Source: Cyanophyceae cyanobacterium
Lineage (GTDB): Bacteria > Cyanobacteriota > Cyanobacteriia > Cyanobacteriales > Laspinemataceae
Reading direction: 5' to 3'
Assembly (NCBI GenBank): GCA_038321985.1
Contig: JBBQFN010000005.1
Coordinates: forward strand, 96,001-160,000
DNA length: 64,000 nt
In this document: positions 41,588 through 50,988 of the stretch, in pieces
Position numbering within the stretch: the first letter of the stretch is position 1
How the letters are laid out: every line of letters begins with the position of its first letter
Position numbers and translations under genes: made by a program
Notes under the pieces: generated by a model
The model's input: the letters and a program-made list of their open reading frames with translations, nothing else
Database searches by the model: none
Told to the model about the DNA's origin: nothing

Positions 41588-41822
41588 TTTAAAAAAAATT
41601 GTGCCCGGGCGGCTCTTTCCTCCACAACGGTAGGCTGTCAGCTAGCGCTATTCTAGGGAGACTTGAACCGTGACGGACGAAGTTTAAGTCAAGTCTCCTT
41701 TATCCTTAAATTCCCGGGCGATCGCCCTCGTGGGTCAGTGCGTAATTTAGCAACAAACTGCTATACATTACTGACCCTCTTCCCGTCTGTATTCAATCTA
41801 ACAATTAGGGAAAATTTTCTCA

Positions 41823-42479
41823 CTAATTCCGGTTAGCTCCCACTTCTTGAACCCGGCGCTCAAGTTGGCGTCCCACTTCTGCGATCGGATACAAAGGTCT
41901 CTGACCCTCGCGATATAATACAAAAACAAACGCCCCCATTTGGTTTTTCCGAAACACCAAAATTTCCAACTGAGCCAACAAACTATCCAAATCTACTTGT
42001 AAGCTCACTCCCCCGGCGGCATCGCCAATATTGTTGATATTATTTAAACGTTGCGGAGGCACGGGGGTATCCTGGAGGTTCTCTGCTAACAACGACTTCA
42101 ACTTTTCAGGATCCCGCAGTAATTCATCAAATTTCTGTTGTTGTTGAACCGTGTCCAGTCTAGTCGTTATACCCATAATCAGTTGAAACTGTTCTTGTGC
42201 AACAAAGGCAAAAACATTCTCAACATCAATCTCATCTTGACGGAGTTCCTCTTTCAGTTTTGCTAACTCCTCCGCTGGCATCGCGGTAAAGCCCCGGGGT
42301 AGATCCTGCAATCTCAGGGTCACATCAGCCCAGGTGCGTGCTTGTGCCAGGATCAGGCTATGTTCTGTCACCCTCTCCTGGCTCACGGCTTGAGCCAGAG
42401 CAGGAGTCGTCGATAGTACGATTGTAGGCACCACACCGAGGGACAAAGCTAAGAGTCCCAAAGCTATTTTTTCGATCAT
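41823..42479 (-). CDS. Secreted hypothetical protein
   Basis: Signal peptide ending PALA-Q; LRLQDLPRGF and NIGD motifs. Confidence 0.7.
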   Translation of the reverse strand: MIEKIALGLLALSLGVVPTIVLSTTPALAQAVSQERVTEHSLILAQARTWADVTLRLQDLPRGFTAMPAEELAKLKEELRQDEIDVENVFAFVAQEQFQLIMGITTRLDTVQQQQKFDELLRDPEKLKSLLAENLQDTPVPPQRLNNINNIGDAAGGVSLQVDLDSLLAQLEILVFRKNQMGAFVFVLYREGQRPLYPIAEVGRQLERRVQEVGANRN

Positions 42480-42789
42480 TTGTCCAACTTCCTTGTCCCT
42501 TCCGGGGAAAATTAATGGGATTGAATTCTACCGGCGAACCGGAGTAATTCTGGCGTTACTTGATGCTCAGACGATAGGGGAAGACAGAATGGTGCCTCAG
42601 ATGAGGAACGATCTTCCCCTAGGGGGAGCAAACTGGGCTTGTCTTAACCCAACTTAAATAACAAATTTCTCTTATCTGCCTGAATCAAACGGTTGATAGC
42701 TTCCTCTTTCATTCTAAAATCTTAAACATACAGAAAACTTGCCCGAAGCTGCCGTCAGTTCTATCTCTATACTCTAGAAACAATACACT

Positions 42790-44379
42790 ATGGCTATTGG
42801 TTACGTTGCTCTCGTCCTCCATGCTCATCTTCCTTTCGTCCGACATCCCGAAAGTGATTATGTTTTAGAAGAAGAATGGCTCTATGAAGCCATTACAGAA
42901 ACCTACATCCCCTTACTGCGAGTATTTGAAGGCTTAAAGCGAGACGGGATCGATTTCAAAATTACCATGAGTATGACTCCGCCTTTGGTGTCAATGCTCC
43001 GCGACCCCCTGCTGCAAGACCGTTATGAGCAACACTTGGCTCAACTCGAAGAACTTGCCGAACTGGAAATTGAGCATAACAAACACAATGGGCACATTCG
43101 CTATCTAGCTGAACACTACGCCCGTGAGTTTAATGACACTCGCCAAATCTGGGAACGCTACGATCGCGACTTGGTGTCTGCCTTTAAACAATTCCAAGAC
43201 TCCAATAATCTAGAAATCATCACCTGCGGAGCCACTCACGGTTACCTTCCTTTGATGAAAATGTACCCGCAAGCAGTCTGGGCGCAAATCCAGGTCGCCT
43301 GCGAACATTACGAGCAGAACTTCGGTCGTCCCCCCAAAGGCATTTGGTTACCCGAATGTGCCTACTATGAAGGCTTAGATCGAATGCTCGCTGATGCGGG
43401 TCTGCGGTATTTCCTCACCGATGGTCATGGCATCCTCTACGCTCGTCCCCGTCCCCGCTTTGGCACTTACGCTCCCATTTTTACGGAATCGGGGGTGGCG
43501 GTATTCGGTCGCGATCACGAATCGTCTCAACAGGTCTGGTCTTCCGAGGTGGGATATCCCGGTGACCCAGAATATCGTGAATTTTACAAGGATTTGGGTT
43601 GGGAGGCTGAATACGATTATATCAAGCCGTATATCATGCCTAACGGTCAGCGTAAGAATGTCGGGATTAAATATCACAAAATTACGGGTCGCGGTCTCGG
43701 TTTAGGGGATAAGGCGCTCTACGACCCCTATTGGGCGCGGGAAAAGGCTGCCGAAAATGCGGGCAATTTCATGTTTAACCGCGCACGTCAAGTGGAACAC
43801 CTCCAAGGCATCATGCAGCGCCCCCCGATTATTGTCTCCCCTTATGATGCGGAACTGTTCGGTCACTGGTGGTATGAAGGCCCTTGGTTCATTGATTACT
43901 TATTCCGCAAGTCTTGGTATGACCAAGGCTCTTACCAGATGACCCACCTGGCGGATTATTTACGCGAGAATCCTACTCAGCAAGTTTGTCGTCCGTCTCA
44001 ATCTAGCTGGGGCTATAAAGGGTTCCATGAGTATTGGCTCAATGAAACCAATACGTGGGTTTACCCTCATCTACATAAAGCGGCTGAACGGATGATCGAG
44101 TTGAGCCATCGGGACCCAGCGGATGAACTGGAATGGCGGGCGCTGAACCAAGCGGCACGAGAACTACTCCTGGCACAGTCTTCGGACTGGGCGTTTATCA
44201 TGCGCACGGGGACAATGGTCCCCTACGCGGTCCGTCGAACGCGATCGCACTTGATGCGTCTGCACAAAATCTACGAGGATATCAATGTTGGCAAAATTGA
44301 TTCCGGCTGGTTAGAAAAAGTCGAGGCGATCGACAATATTTTCCCAGAGATTAATTATCGTGTTTACCGTCCATTGTAA
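42790..44379 (+). CDS. GH57 family 1,4-alpha-glucan branching enzyme (DUF1957)
   Basis: LVLHAHLPFVRHP, EEWLYEAITETYIP, GIWLPECAY (Glu nucleophile), PYDAELFGHWWYEGP (Asp), RELLLAQSSDWAF. Confidence 0.95.
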   Translation: MAIGYVALVLHAHLPFVRHPESDYVLEEEWLYEAITETYIPLLRVFEGLKRDGIDFKITMSMTPPLVSMLRDPLLQDRYEQHLAQLEELAELEIEHNKHNGHIRYLAEHYAREFNDTRQIWERYDRDLVSAFKQFQDSNNLEIITCGATHGYLPLMKMYPQAVWAQIQVACEHYEQNFGRPPKGIWLPECAYYEGLDRMLADAGLRYFLTDGHGILYARPRPRFGTYAPIFTESGVAVFGRDHESSQQVWSSEVGYPGDPEYREFYKDLGWEAEYDYIKPYIMPNGQRKNVGIKYHKITGRGLGLGDKALYDPYWAREKAAENAGNFMFNRARQVEHLQGIMQRPPIIVSPYDAELFGHWWYEGPWFIDYLFRKSWYDQGSYQMTHLADYLRENPTQQVCRPSQSSWGYKGFHEYWLNETNTWVYPHLHKAAERMIELSHRDPADELEWRALNQAARELLLAQSSDWAFIMRTGTMVPYAVRRTRSHLMRLHKIYEDINVGKIDSGWLEKVEAIDNIFPEINYRVYRPL

Positions 44380-44421
44380 TCGGTATTGAGCGCAATTGTT
44401 ACAAATTGATTTTCTTTCGGA

Positions 44422-44490
44422 TAGAAACCGGGTTTCTAGGCATCAAGGGTAGATTAAAGGCTCTATTTCCTCCCTAGAAACCCGGTTTTT
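44422..44490. repeat. Pair of AGAAACCGGGTTTCT-type palindromes (REP-like / terminator)
   Basis: tagaaaccgggtttcta and tagaaacccggttttt just after the GH57 gene. Confidence 0.6.
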
Positions 44491-44579
44491 TTGGAGGGAG
44501 TGACCGCAGTTTGCCCTCCAAATTGGAGAAAATTGTGCTAAAAAAGATCGAGTTGAGTGCCGCGATCGCCTCACATCTA

Positions 44580-45614
44580 ATGCGTGATTCCAATCCTGTG
44601 TTTAACTATTTTCCCTGTCCGCGTTGTGGTGCTTCGGTCCCATTGAAGCTCCGCCTCCACAAATTTAATTGTCCCGATTGTGATTGGCAAGGTTCGATGT
44701 TTCAGACCGCTGCGCCGGTCACTTCAGACTTGGATAGGGCTACAAAAATTACTACACCCCCGGTTCACCGGCATTCCCCGCGCCCAATTTCCACAGATCA
44801 CCGATCCAAGGCCAGTAAGAAGGCCACGCTTCCCCGGTGGCTTTGTGTCTCTCCCTATGTCTATGTTCAAAAACCTCCGGCGATCGCTCCTGATCGCTCC
44901 AAAATTCCCCTACGGTTGATTACTGTGGCGATCGCGGCGGTGATAATAACCACTCTTAATCTCCTCAATAGGTTCCGTCCAAATTTTGACTTGAGGCTGC
45001 TGTTTTCTCCACCTGCGCCCTATGAGGAGGCAGTTGCCGTCCCACCGGAAGATGCTTTTCGTCAAGGTGTAAATGCAGCTATGAAGGCGGCGATATTGAC
45101 TCAATCGGCACGCACTCAGATGCAATGGCAAATGGTAGGGTCCTGGTGGTCCGAGGCGATCGCTCTGATGGAAGGGGTCCCCTCCCAGAGTCCCGATCGC
45201 CCGGTTGCCGAACAAAAGGCGATCGAATACCAAGCCAATTGGTCCTACGCTCAACAACAGCTCAACCAAATTGCTTACGCACCCCCGCCGCCGCCCCCAC
45301 TCTTACCCATGCCTGTCACCAATGCCCCTTTGCTGCCGCCTCCACCTCCAGCCCCAGCCCCCTCTCCCCCACCCCAACCCCAAGAGAGGTTCCGCTATGC
45401 CGTTAATCAGGCAATGAGTGCGGCGAGTTTGACCCAATGGGCTGAAACCCGGGAAGACTGGCATCAGATCACGCAAGAGTGGTCCAAGGCGATCGCCCTG
45501 ATGAAATCCGTCCCTTCAGATAGTCGCGACTACTCCACCGCCCAGCAAAAAGCCCAGGAATACCAGACGAATCTCCTCTACGCTCAAAAACGAGCCCGCC
45601 AACTCTCCCCCTGA
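44580..45614 (+). CDS. Zn-ribbon, TM and two tandem helical modules separated by a polyproline linker
   Basis: ORF 44511..45614, probable ATG at 44580; CPRC..CPDC; TM LITVAIAAVIITTLNLL; two copies of the F..(A/G)V..A......A....W......W..AI..M..VP module. Confidence 0.75.
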   Translation: MRDSNPVFNYFPCPRCGASVPLKLRLHKFNCPDCDWQGSMFQTAAPVTSDLDRATKITTPPVHRHSPRPISTDHRSKASKKATLPRWLCVSPYVYVQKPPAIAPDRSKIPLRLITVAIAAVIITTLNLLNRFRPNFDLRLLFSPPAPYEEAVAVPPEDAFRQGVNAAMKAAILTQSARTQMQWQMVGSWWSEAIALMEGVPSQSPDRPVAEQKAIEYQANWSYAQQQLNQIAYAPPPPPPLLPMPVTNAPLLPPPPPAPAPSPPPQPQERFRYAVNQAMSAASLTQWAETREDWHQITQEWSKAIALMKSVPSDSRDYSTAQQKAQEYQTNLLYAQKRARQLSP

Positions 45615-45784
45615 TCTGAGTTCCCCAACTGGCATCCCCTATCTCCAGATTTTTCTCGGGATCACAGGGAAAGTTAACACAGTCCCATCCTGAGTCACAC
45701 TCTAGCTCCCGGAATCGCCCTGGGGAAAGGGCTTTCCAGTGATCCCAAAGATTTATGTAAATTTTTGTAAAAAACAGCCCTTTT

Positions 45785-45816
45785 GTATCATTTTTTACAG
45801 AATTTGCCCTTATAGT
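45785..45816 (+). promoter_or_regulatory. NtcA box (GTA-N8-TAC) in repressor position plus -10 box of gifA
   Basis: GTAtcatttttTAC at 45785-45798; TATAGT at 45811-45816; RBS AGGAGG at 45851. Confidence 0.8.
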
Positions 45817-45864
45817 AAAAACAGGAGAAAAAACTTCCCCGAAAAAAACCAGGAGGCTACTCTG

Positions 45865-46059
45865 ATGTCTACTCAAGATCAAGCTCGCGCCTTAATGATG
45901 CGTCACCATCAAGTTGTTAAAAATCGTCAGCAATCGATGCTATTTCGGAGCGCCGCTGAAATAGGTCTGGATCCAGATGACTATTCCAGTACCATTCAAG
46001 GCAAAGCTCCTTCGGATTTCCGTCAATCTTATGACCGCTCTAAATCTACGATGAGCTAA
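45865..46059 (+). CDS. gifA: Glutamine synthetase inactivating factor IF7
   Basis: MSTQDQARALMMRHHQVVKNRQQSMLFRSAAEIG...QGK..S.FRQSYDRS; Arg8/21/28 present; true start inside track ORF 45739..46059. Confidence 0.93.
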   Translation: MSTQDQARALMMRHHQVVKNRQQSMLFRSAAEIGLDPDDYSSTIQGKAPSDFRQSYDRSKSTMS

Positions 46060-46132
46060 GTCCGTAGCATTGTCAGTAGCATCAATCAAATTTTTTCTAC
46101 AATTTTACCGATAAAAAAAGGAGAATAATCCC

Positions 46133-46324
46133 ATGCCTAAAGATCTAGCTCGGGCCAGAATGAATCGTCATCAACATCTTGCTAAAAATCGTCAGCAATC
46201 CATGCTAACTCGGAGTGCCGAAGAAATTGGCTTAGACGAAAACGAATGCTGGAAAAGCAATCAAGACGAATGCCCATCTAGTGGCTGTCAGCCTTACAAC
46301 AGCAATGGCGCATCAATGAGCTAA
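46133..46324 (+). CDS. Second IF7-like (gifA paralogue) protein
   Basis: ARARMNRHQHLAKNRQQSMLTRSAEEIGL matches the upstream gifA; RBS AGGAG. Confidence 0.85.
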   Translation: MPKDLARARMNRHQHLAKNRQQSMLTRSAEEIGLDENECWKSNQDECPSSGCQPYNSNGASMS

Positions 46325-46700
46325 TCGGAAAGGGTCGGTTTGAATCAGGAACGTCAACAAGATTGGGTTCCGGCGATCGCGACACAAGAGTAGAGTGAGA
46401 GTGTCTTATTCTCCCTAATATTAGCCAGTTGAATCCAACTATTAAATTGCATCATCCAATCAGGGCGTAGGTTCTTTAGAACTACCGCCCTTAAATTTTT
46501 TTGAGCGGCTACATGAACGGTAGCTTTTGCCATCCCCAATCGGGCTATAACCAGTCTACCCCGGCGCTTCTTTAACCTCAAACTTTTTAAATCCGAATAG
46601 GGGCTCACTTACGATTCTGGTAAATGCCGCTTAGGTGTCCTGGCTCGTGATACCGTAAAAGCTTAGGCAAATTCCGAAGCAGATCGTTCGCTCCTGGGTT

Positions 46701-47897
46701 ATGCAACAACCATCTTCTGATCGTTCACCGTTCCATTGCCTGTCTATTGAATTGACAGGCACCCCTATCTTAGAGCCGTCCGATGGCACTTCTTTCCTTG
46801 ATTTAAACTTGACTCTCCATTTTCAGGAAGTCTGGCAAGAGGTACCCGGGGGTCGTTTTAAGTTGGGTTTGACAGGGGGCAAGCTGATGCTAAACCTGGA
46901 AAACGCCACCCTCCCTGAGGAAATCGGTTTGCTCACTAAAGAGCCCAAGCCTTCGATTTCCAGTCAAGTCACCACCGGGACCTCAACCCCTTCCCATTGG
47001 ATTTTAAAAATTAGCGGGGATGGCTCCATCCTCAAAGGAAGTCTAGGAGTTCTGCAACTTGCACGGTTGCAAGTCAAGGGAACCCCAGTCCGAGTGCAAG
47101 CCACATTCCAGGTGAGTGCCGCTAATATCCAGATCGTAGAGGCGGAAGGACTATGGCCTCACGATATCAATCCCAATCAACATGGCATCTTAGAGCGACT
47201 GTTGATCCGATCGCTGGTTGACACCCAATTTCCAACGGATCTAACTCGGACGGAACTGCAATATGCCCGTCCTCCAGAAGACCCGATTGCCGTTGAAGAG
47301 TCTCCCCAACATCAAGACTGGTCGGCTATTGCGGAGGCGATCGCCCCAATTTTAGAAGCAACCACCGATAACTTTATCGAACTAGCAAAACTAGCGGGTC
47401 TGGATCCGGTTCGGGATTTCGCGGGGGCCAAACTTTGGGGTTGTAACTGGCGCGGACTCGACCTCAGCGGTGCTGAACTCCCCGGGGTAAAATTGCGCGG
47501 GGCTGACTTGAGTGATGTCGATCTCAGTGAGGCGAACTTGACTGGGGCCAAATTAGCCGGTGCGGATGCCAGCGGTGCACTCTTGAGTGATGCCAATCTC
47601 ACCGATGCCGACCTCCATCGATGTAGTTTGGCCCTGGCTTCTTTAAGCGGTGCCTCGTTGCGAAACGCCAATCTGCAAGAGGCCAATTTAAGTAATGCCA
47701 ATCTCAGCGATGCCGACTTATCTGGCGCGAATCTTTCCGGTGCAGACTTGCATCAGGCGGGGTTAGTCATGACCAATCTCACGAATACTAACCTGACTGG
47801 GGCCAATGTGGATCAAGCTCGTTTTAAGCTAGATTCGGGTTTATCGGCGGAAAGGGAACGGGATCTCAAGGCCCGAGGTGCTCTTTTTGAGCCGTAA
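46701..47897 (+). CDS. Pentapeptide repeat protein with N-terminal beta-rich domain
   Basis: A(D/N)LxX repeats in the C-terminal half. Confidence 0.88.
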   Translation: MQQPSSDRSPFHCLSIELTGTPILEPSDGTSFLDLNLTLHFQEVWQEVPGGRFKLGLTGGKLMLNLENATLPEEIGLLTKEPKPSISSQVTTGTSTPSHWILKISGDGSILKGSLGVLQLARLQVKGTPVRVQATFQVSAANIQIVEAEGLWPHDINPNQHGILERLLIRSLVDTQFPTDLTRTELQYARPPEDPIAVEESPQHQDWSAIAEAIAPILEATTDNFIELAKLAGLDPVRDFAGAKLWGCNWRGLDLSGAELPGVKLRGADLSDVDLSEANLTGAKLAGADASGALLSDANLTDADLHRCSLALASLSGASLRNANLQEANLSNANLSDADLSGANLSGADLHQAGLVMTNLTNTNLTGANVDQARFKLDSGLSAERERDLKARGALFEP

Positions 47898-47982
47898 TTT
47901 ACAGACTTCCCTTTTTAACGGCGATCGCTGAAGGGGGAATCTCATCAGTCAATTATCAACAACGTTCACCCCTGACGGCGAC

Positions 47983-49029
47983 ATGAGTGAAGAAGGAGAT
48001 TTACGGCTAAAAGAAGGAATTGCCCAATATCAGCGGGGGGAGTTTACAGCGGCCCTGGAGTCTTGGAGTCAGGCGGTGACGATTTATCGAGATACCGGGG
48101 AACGAGCCTGGGAAGGGACGGCCCTGGGTAATCTGGGAGTGGCTTATCAGGCCCTCGGAGATTTAAAAGCAGCAGTTGCCTGTTACAGTCAACATCTGGC
48201 GATCGCCGAAGAGATTAACGACAGCCAGGGACAGGGGAATGCCCTGTTAAATTTAGGAACGGCTTATTTGGCACTTGGAGAGTATGAACAGGCGATCGCC
48301 TATCAACAGCGGCGCTTGGCGAGTGCAATTGAAATGGCAGATAAACCCCTGGAGGTGCATATCCTCTCGCAGTTAAAAGACTGTTACCATAACCTAGGCG
48401 ACGGAGAACGGGTCCGGGTTTGTCAGGATCGGTTACTGGCGATCGCCCGGGAGTTGTTTTTTGACACCAAAAGCGATGATTTTATGGCAGTCGCCCAGAG
48501 CGTTGGGCTCAATCCCCTCCAGGATTTTGCCGGTGGTAATCTCCGTAATCTGGACTTCCACTATGCAGACTTGAGTCGTGCAGACTTGGAAAAGGCTGAT
48601 TTGAGCAATGCCTATCTCGAACTCGCCGATCTATGTGGGGCGAATTTGACCGGGGCTAATTTATCTCATGCGCAGCTCACTAATGCCAATCTCAACCGAA
48701 CTAACCTCTGTGGGGCTAATTTAAGTGATGCCGATTTGCGAACGAACCTAAATCGGGCCAATCTCACCCAAGCGACTGCCCATCGGACTAATTTTACCGC
48801 AGCTTATCTGCGCGGGGCGAATCTCTGCGAGGTTTGTTTCATAGATGCTGTGCTTAAAAATGCAGATTTGACTCAGGCTACTTTAACCGATGCCGACTTC
48901 ACAGGTGCAGACTGCACGGGGGCTGACTGGACGGGGGTAACCTGCGATCGGGCGCGATTTGCTCACGCCGTGGGAATTTCTGAATCCCTGAAACAGGATT
49001 TGATCCGCCTGGGTGCGATTTTTGAGTGA
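47983..49029 (+). CDS. TPR plus pentapeptide repeat protein
   Basis: EGTALGNLGVAYQALG TPRs, then A(D/N)L repeats. Confidence 0.88.
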   Translation: MSEEGDLRLKEGIAQYQRGEFTAALESWSQAVTIYRDTGERAWEGTALGNLGVAYQALGDLKAAVACYSQHLAIAEEINDSQGQGNALLNLGTAYLALGEYEQAIAYQQRRLASAIEMADKPLEVHILSQLKDCYHNLGDGERVRVCQDRLLAIARELFFDTKSDDFMAVAQSVGLNPLQDFAGGNLRNLDFHYADLSRADLEKADLSNAYLELADLCGANLTGANLSHAQLTNANLNRTNLCGANLSDADLRTNLNRANLTQATAHRTNFTAAYLRGANLCEVCFIDAVLKNADLTQATLTDADFTGADCTGADWTGVTCDRARFAHAVGISESLKQDLIRLGAIFE

Positions 49030-49222
49030 GGGAATCCTGCGATCGGTGAATCTTCCCGGGGATGAAGTCCCAACCGAGGAGATCGCACCGACTCAGGCGG
49101 GTTTGATAAAGGGTTGCTAATTCTAGGGACAAAAAATTGCCTGAACGTAGTCTTGTTACGTTCAGGCATTAGGATGTTCGCGTAATTCTAAGGAAGGAAG
49201 AAAAGAAAAATAGTTGTAATCG

Positions 49223-49366
49223 TTACATGAGTCCTAGCTGAGACAGAATGCCATGTCCCGTCAGCAACTCAGTGGCGACACCAATTACAAAACCTAGCAT
49301 TGCCAGACGACCATTCCAGGTTTCGGCAACCTCTGTAAACCCGAATTTGGCTGGTGTATTATTCAT
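49223..49366 (-). CDS. hliC: High-light-inducible protein (HLIP/SCP), 47 aa, HliC-like
   Basis: Manual translation MNNTPAKFGFTEVAETWNGRLAMLGFVIGVATELLTGHGILSQLGLM; ExxNGRxAMxG chlorophyll-binding motif; below the ORF-track cutoff. Confidence 0.93.
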   Translation of the reverse strand: MNNTPAKFGFTEVAETWNGRLAMLGFVIGVATELLTGHGILSQLGLM

Positions 49367-49430
49367 GATTCAGAAAGTTTTTAGTTAGTCAAGTCTGTGT
49401 AATATAAATTAACGCACATTGGGAGAAATG

Positions 49431-49448
49431 GCAACATTTCGTTACAAA
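49431..49448. promoter_or_regulatory. HLR1-like (RpaB) direct repeat upstream of the hli gene
   Basis: GCAACATT-tc-GTTACAAA with 10-bp period, overlapping a TTGCCA -35-like hexamer on the minus strand. Confidence 0.5.
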
Positions 49449-49666
49449 ATGCTGACAAACGCTTAAAAAATTACTAAGTAGCAATTAACGATATAAAAAT
49501 TCTAGGGAAACCCGGGTGTAAACCCCTCGAACAAATCCCTCGCTGATAAAGACTCTCCTGTGTCTTGGAGGGTGTCCTAGGTGGAGTGAATCCAGAGAAG
49601 TCCAGAACAATGGGAAAGCGGCAAAATGTTATTATCAGCCTGTATTTCTGACTCCCTCCTTAGCCA

Positions 49667-50341
49667 ATGCTTTACCTCAAACTTTTAGGCCGCACCTTCC
49701 TGTATCTTTTAGTGACCCTTGCCATCGTGGCGATCGCCCTAGGCATCAAATTTATCTCTATTCTTCTTGGGGATGCACTGGTGTATCAAATCCCCCTAAT
49801 CGGCGACGCACTTTTAAGCCTAGAAATAATGGAGATTCTCAACATCATTGTGTTTGGTATTTTGGGCATGGGATTTGGGGTTGCCACAATTCTTTTACCC
49901 CGTTACTTTGCCTCGCGGGTGAGTGGGTGGACTTTAGCCGTATTAGTTCCCTTAATTTTTAGCACCGGCACTATTTTTAGATATTACAACTGGGTGCAAG
50001 TATTTTCGGCGGAAGAAAATATTTCTTATAACCAGGCCGAATTGATTACCGATTCTTTTTTAAGAAAGTCCACCCCTCAACAAGAGGGATTTGTGGGATT
50101 TTATATTTATACCGCTAAATCACCCTCTTTACCTGTCCGGGAAAAAGAAATGATAGAATTGGAAGAATTGGAAGCTAAAAGCAAAGCTCGATTTGCTAGA
50201 GTCACGAAGTTAGACCCAGAAATTGTGGGCTATTTATACGCGGGACGAGGTTGGGTAATTCGTTTGTTTTATTTGATTATTTCTATTTTTTCAACTTTAG
50301 TTAACTTCAAAATCGGAAAATTACAAGTGAAGAGAAGTTAG
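49667..50341 (+). CDS. Hypothetical multi-pass membrane protein
   Basis: 224-aa ORF with several hydrophobic helices. Confidence 0.7.
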   Translation: MLYLKLLGRTFLYLLVTLAIVAIALGIKFISILLGDALVYQIPLIGDALLSLEIMEILNIIVFGILGMGFGVATILLPRYFASRVSGWTLAVLVPLIFSTGTIFRYYNWVQVFSAEENISYNQAELITDSFLRKSTPQQEGFVGFYIYTAKSPSLPVREKEMIELEELEAKSKARFARVTKLDPEIVGYLYAGRGWVIRLFYLIISIFSTLVNFKIGKLQVKRS

Positions 50342-50988
50342 GCCAGAGGAGGAAGGAGGGAATAATTTAAAGAAACCAGGTCAAGGGTAAGAAAAATCTA
50401 GTGGATTTCAGAAATTTCGGTTAAAATTTCCCCGAGTAAGAGGCCGTCAATGGAAAATCACATAAGGTTTAGAGTCTTCATGGGCGATCGCCGCGAGAAT
50501 ATAGGGGAACTCGGTTGCATCCGGGGGATGGGCATTGCCTCAGTATCTTTTTGCCTATAATATAGGAAAATAACCTCTAAAGTAACAAAAATCAGGCTTG
50601 CCCCTGTGCAGAATCGCCTCCGGTGCAACTACAAACGGGTCGATAGAAAATTTAATCCACAGGGCTAGTTAGGTCAGGGTGAAAACAACTTCAGGAAGCT
50701 AGATATTTTCCGTGGATGAGACGGCAAAAACAAGTAACCTTTTAGCTGTAGGCCTATCCCACCCCTAGTCCGGAGTCCACAAAGGGTATCCCTAGGGGCT
50801 CAAATTAGAACGTTGAGCGTTGACCCTCACAGGTTGCGCCTGAAGGAAGTAAATTCGCGATCAATCTCGTTAGCCTACCCAAGGGTCTGGGTGAAATGTC
50901 TTGAGAGTGGGGAATCTTGAAGACGCCAGAATCAGTGATGGGCATTTCCCCAACAATTCAAACCACGGACTTGATTAACACTCATTTT

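Noticed and set aside
45739..45864. N-terminal extension making gifA a 106-aa IF17-like protein
   Set aside because: The extension covers the NtcA box, -10 and RBS; the IF7 start at 45865 has a strong AGGAGG
46060..46700. Glutamine (glnA-type) riboswitch near the gif genes
   Set aside because: I could not find the conserved core by eye; an Rfam scan would be needed
50342..50988. Possible riboswitch or sRNA upstream of the WcaI-like gene
   Set aside because: No recognisable aptamer consensus or strong structure seen
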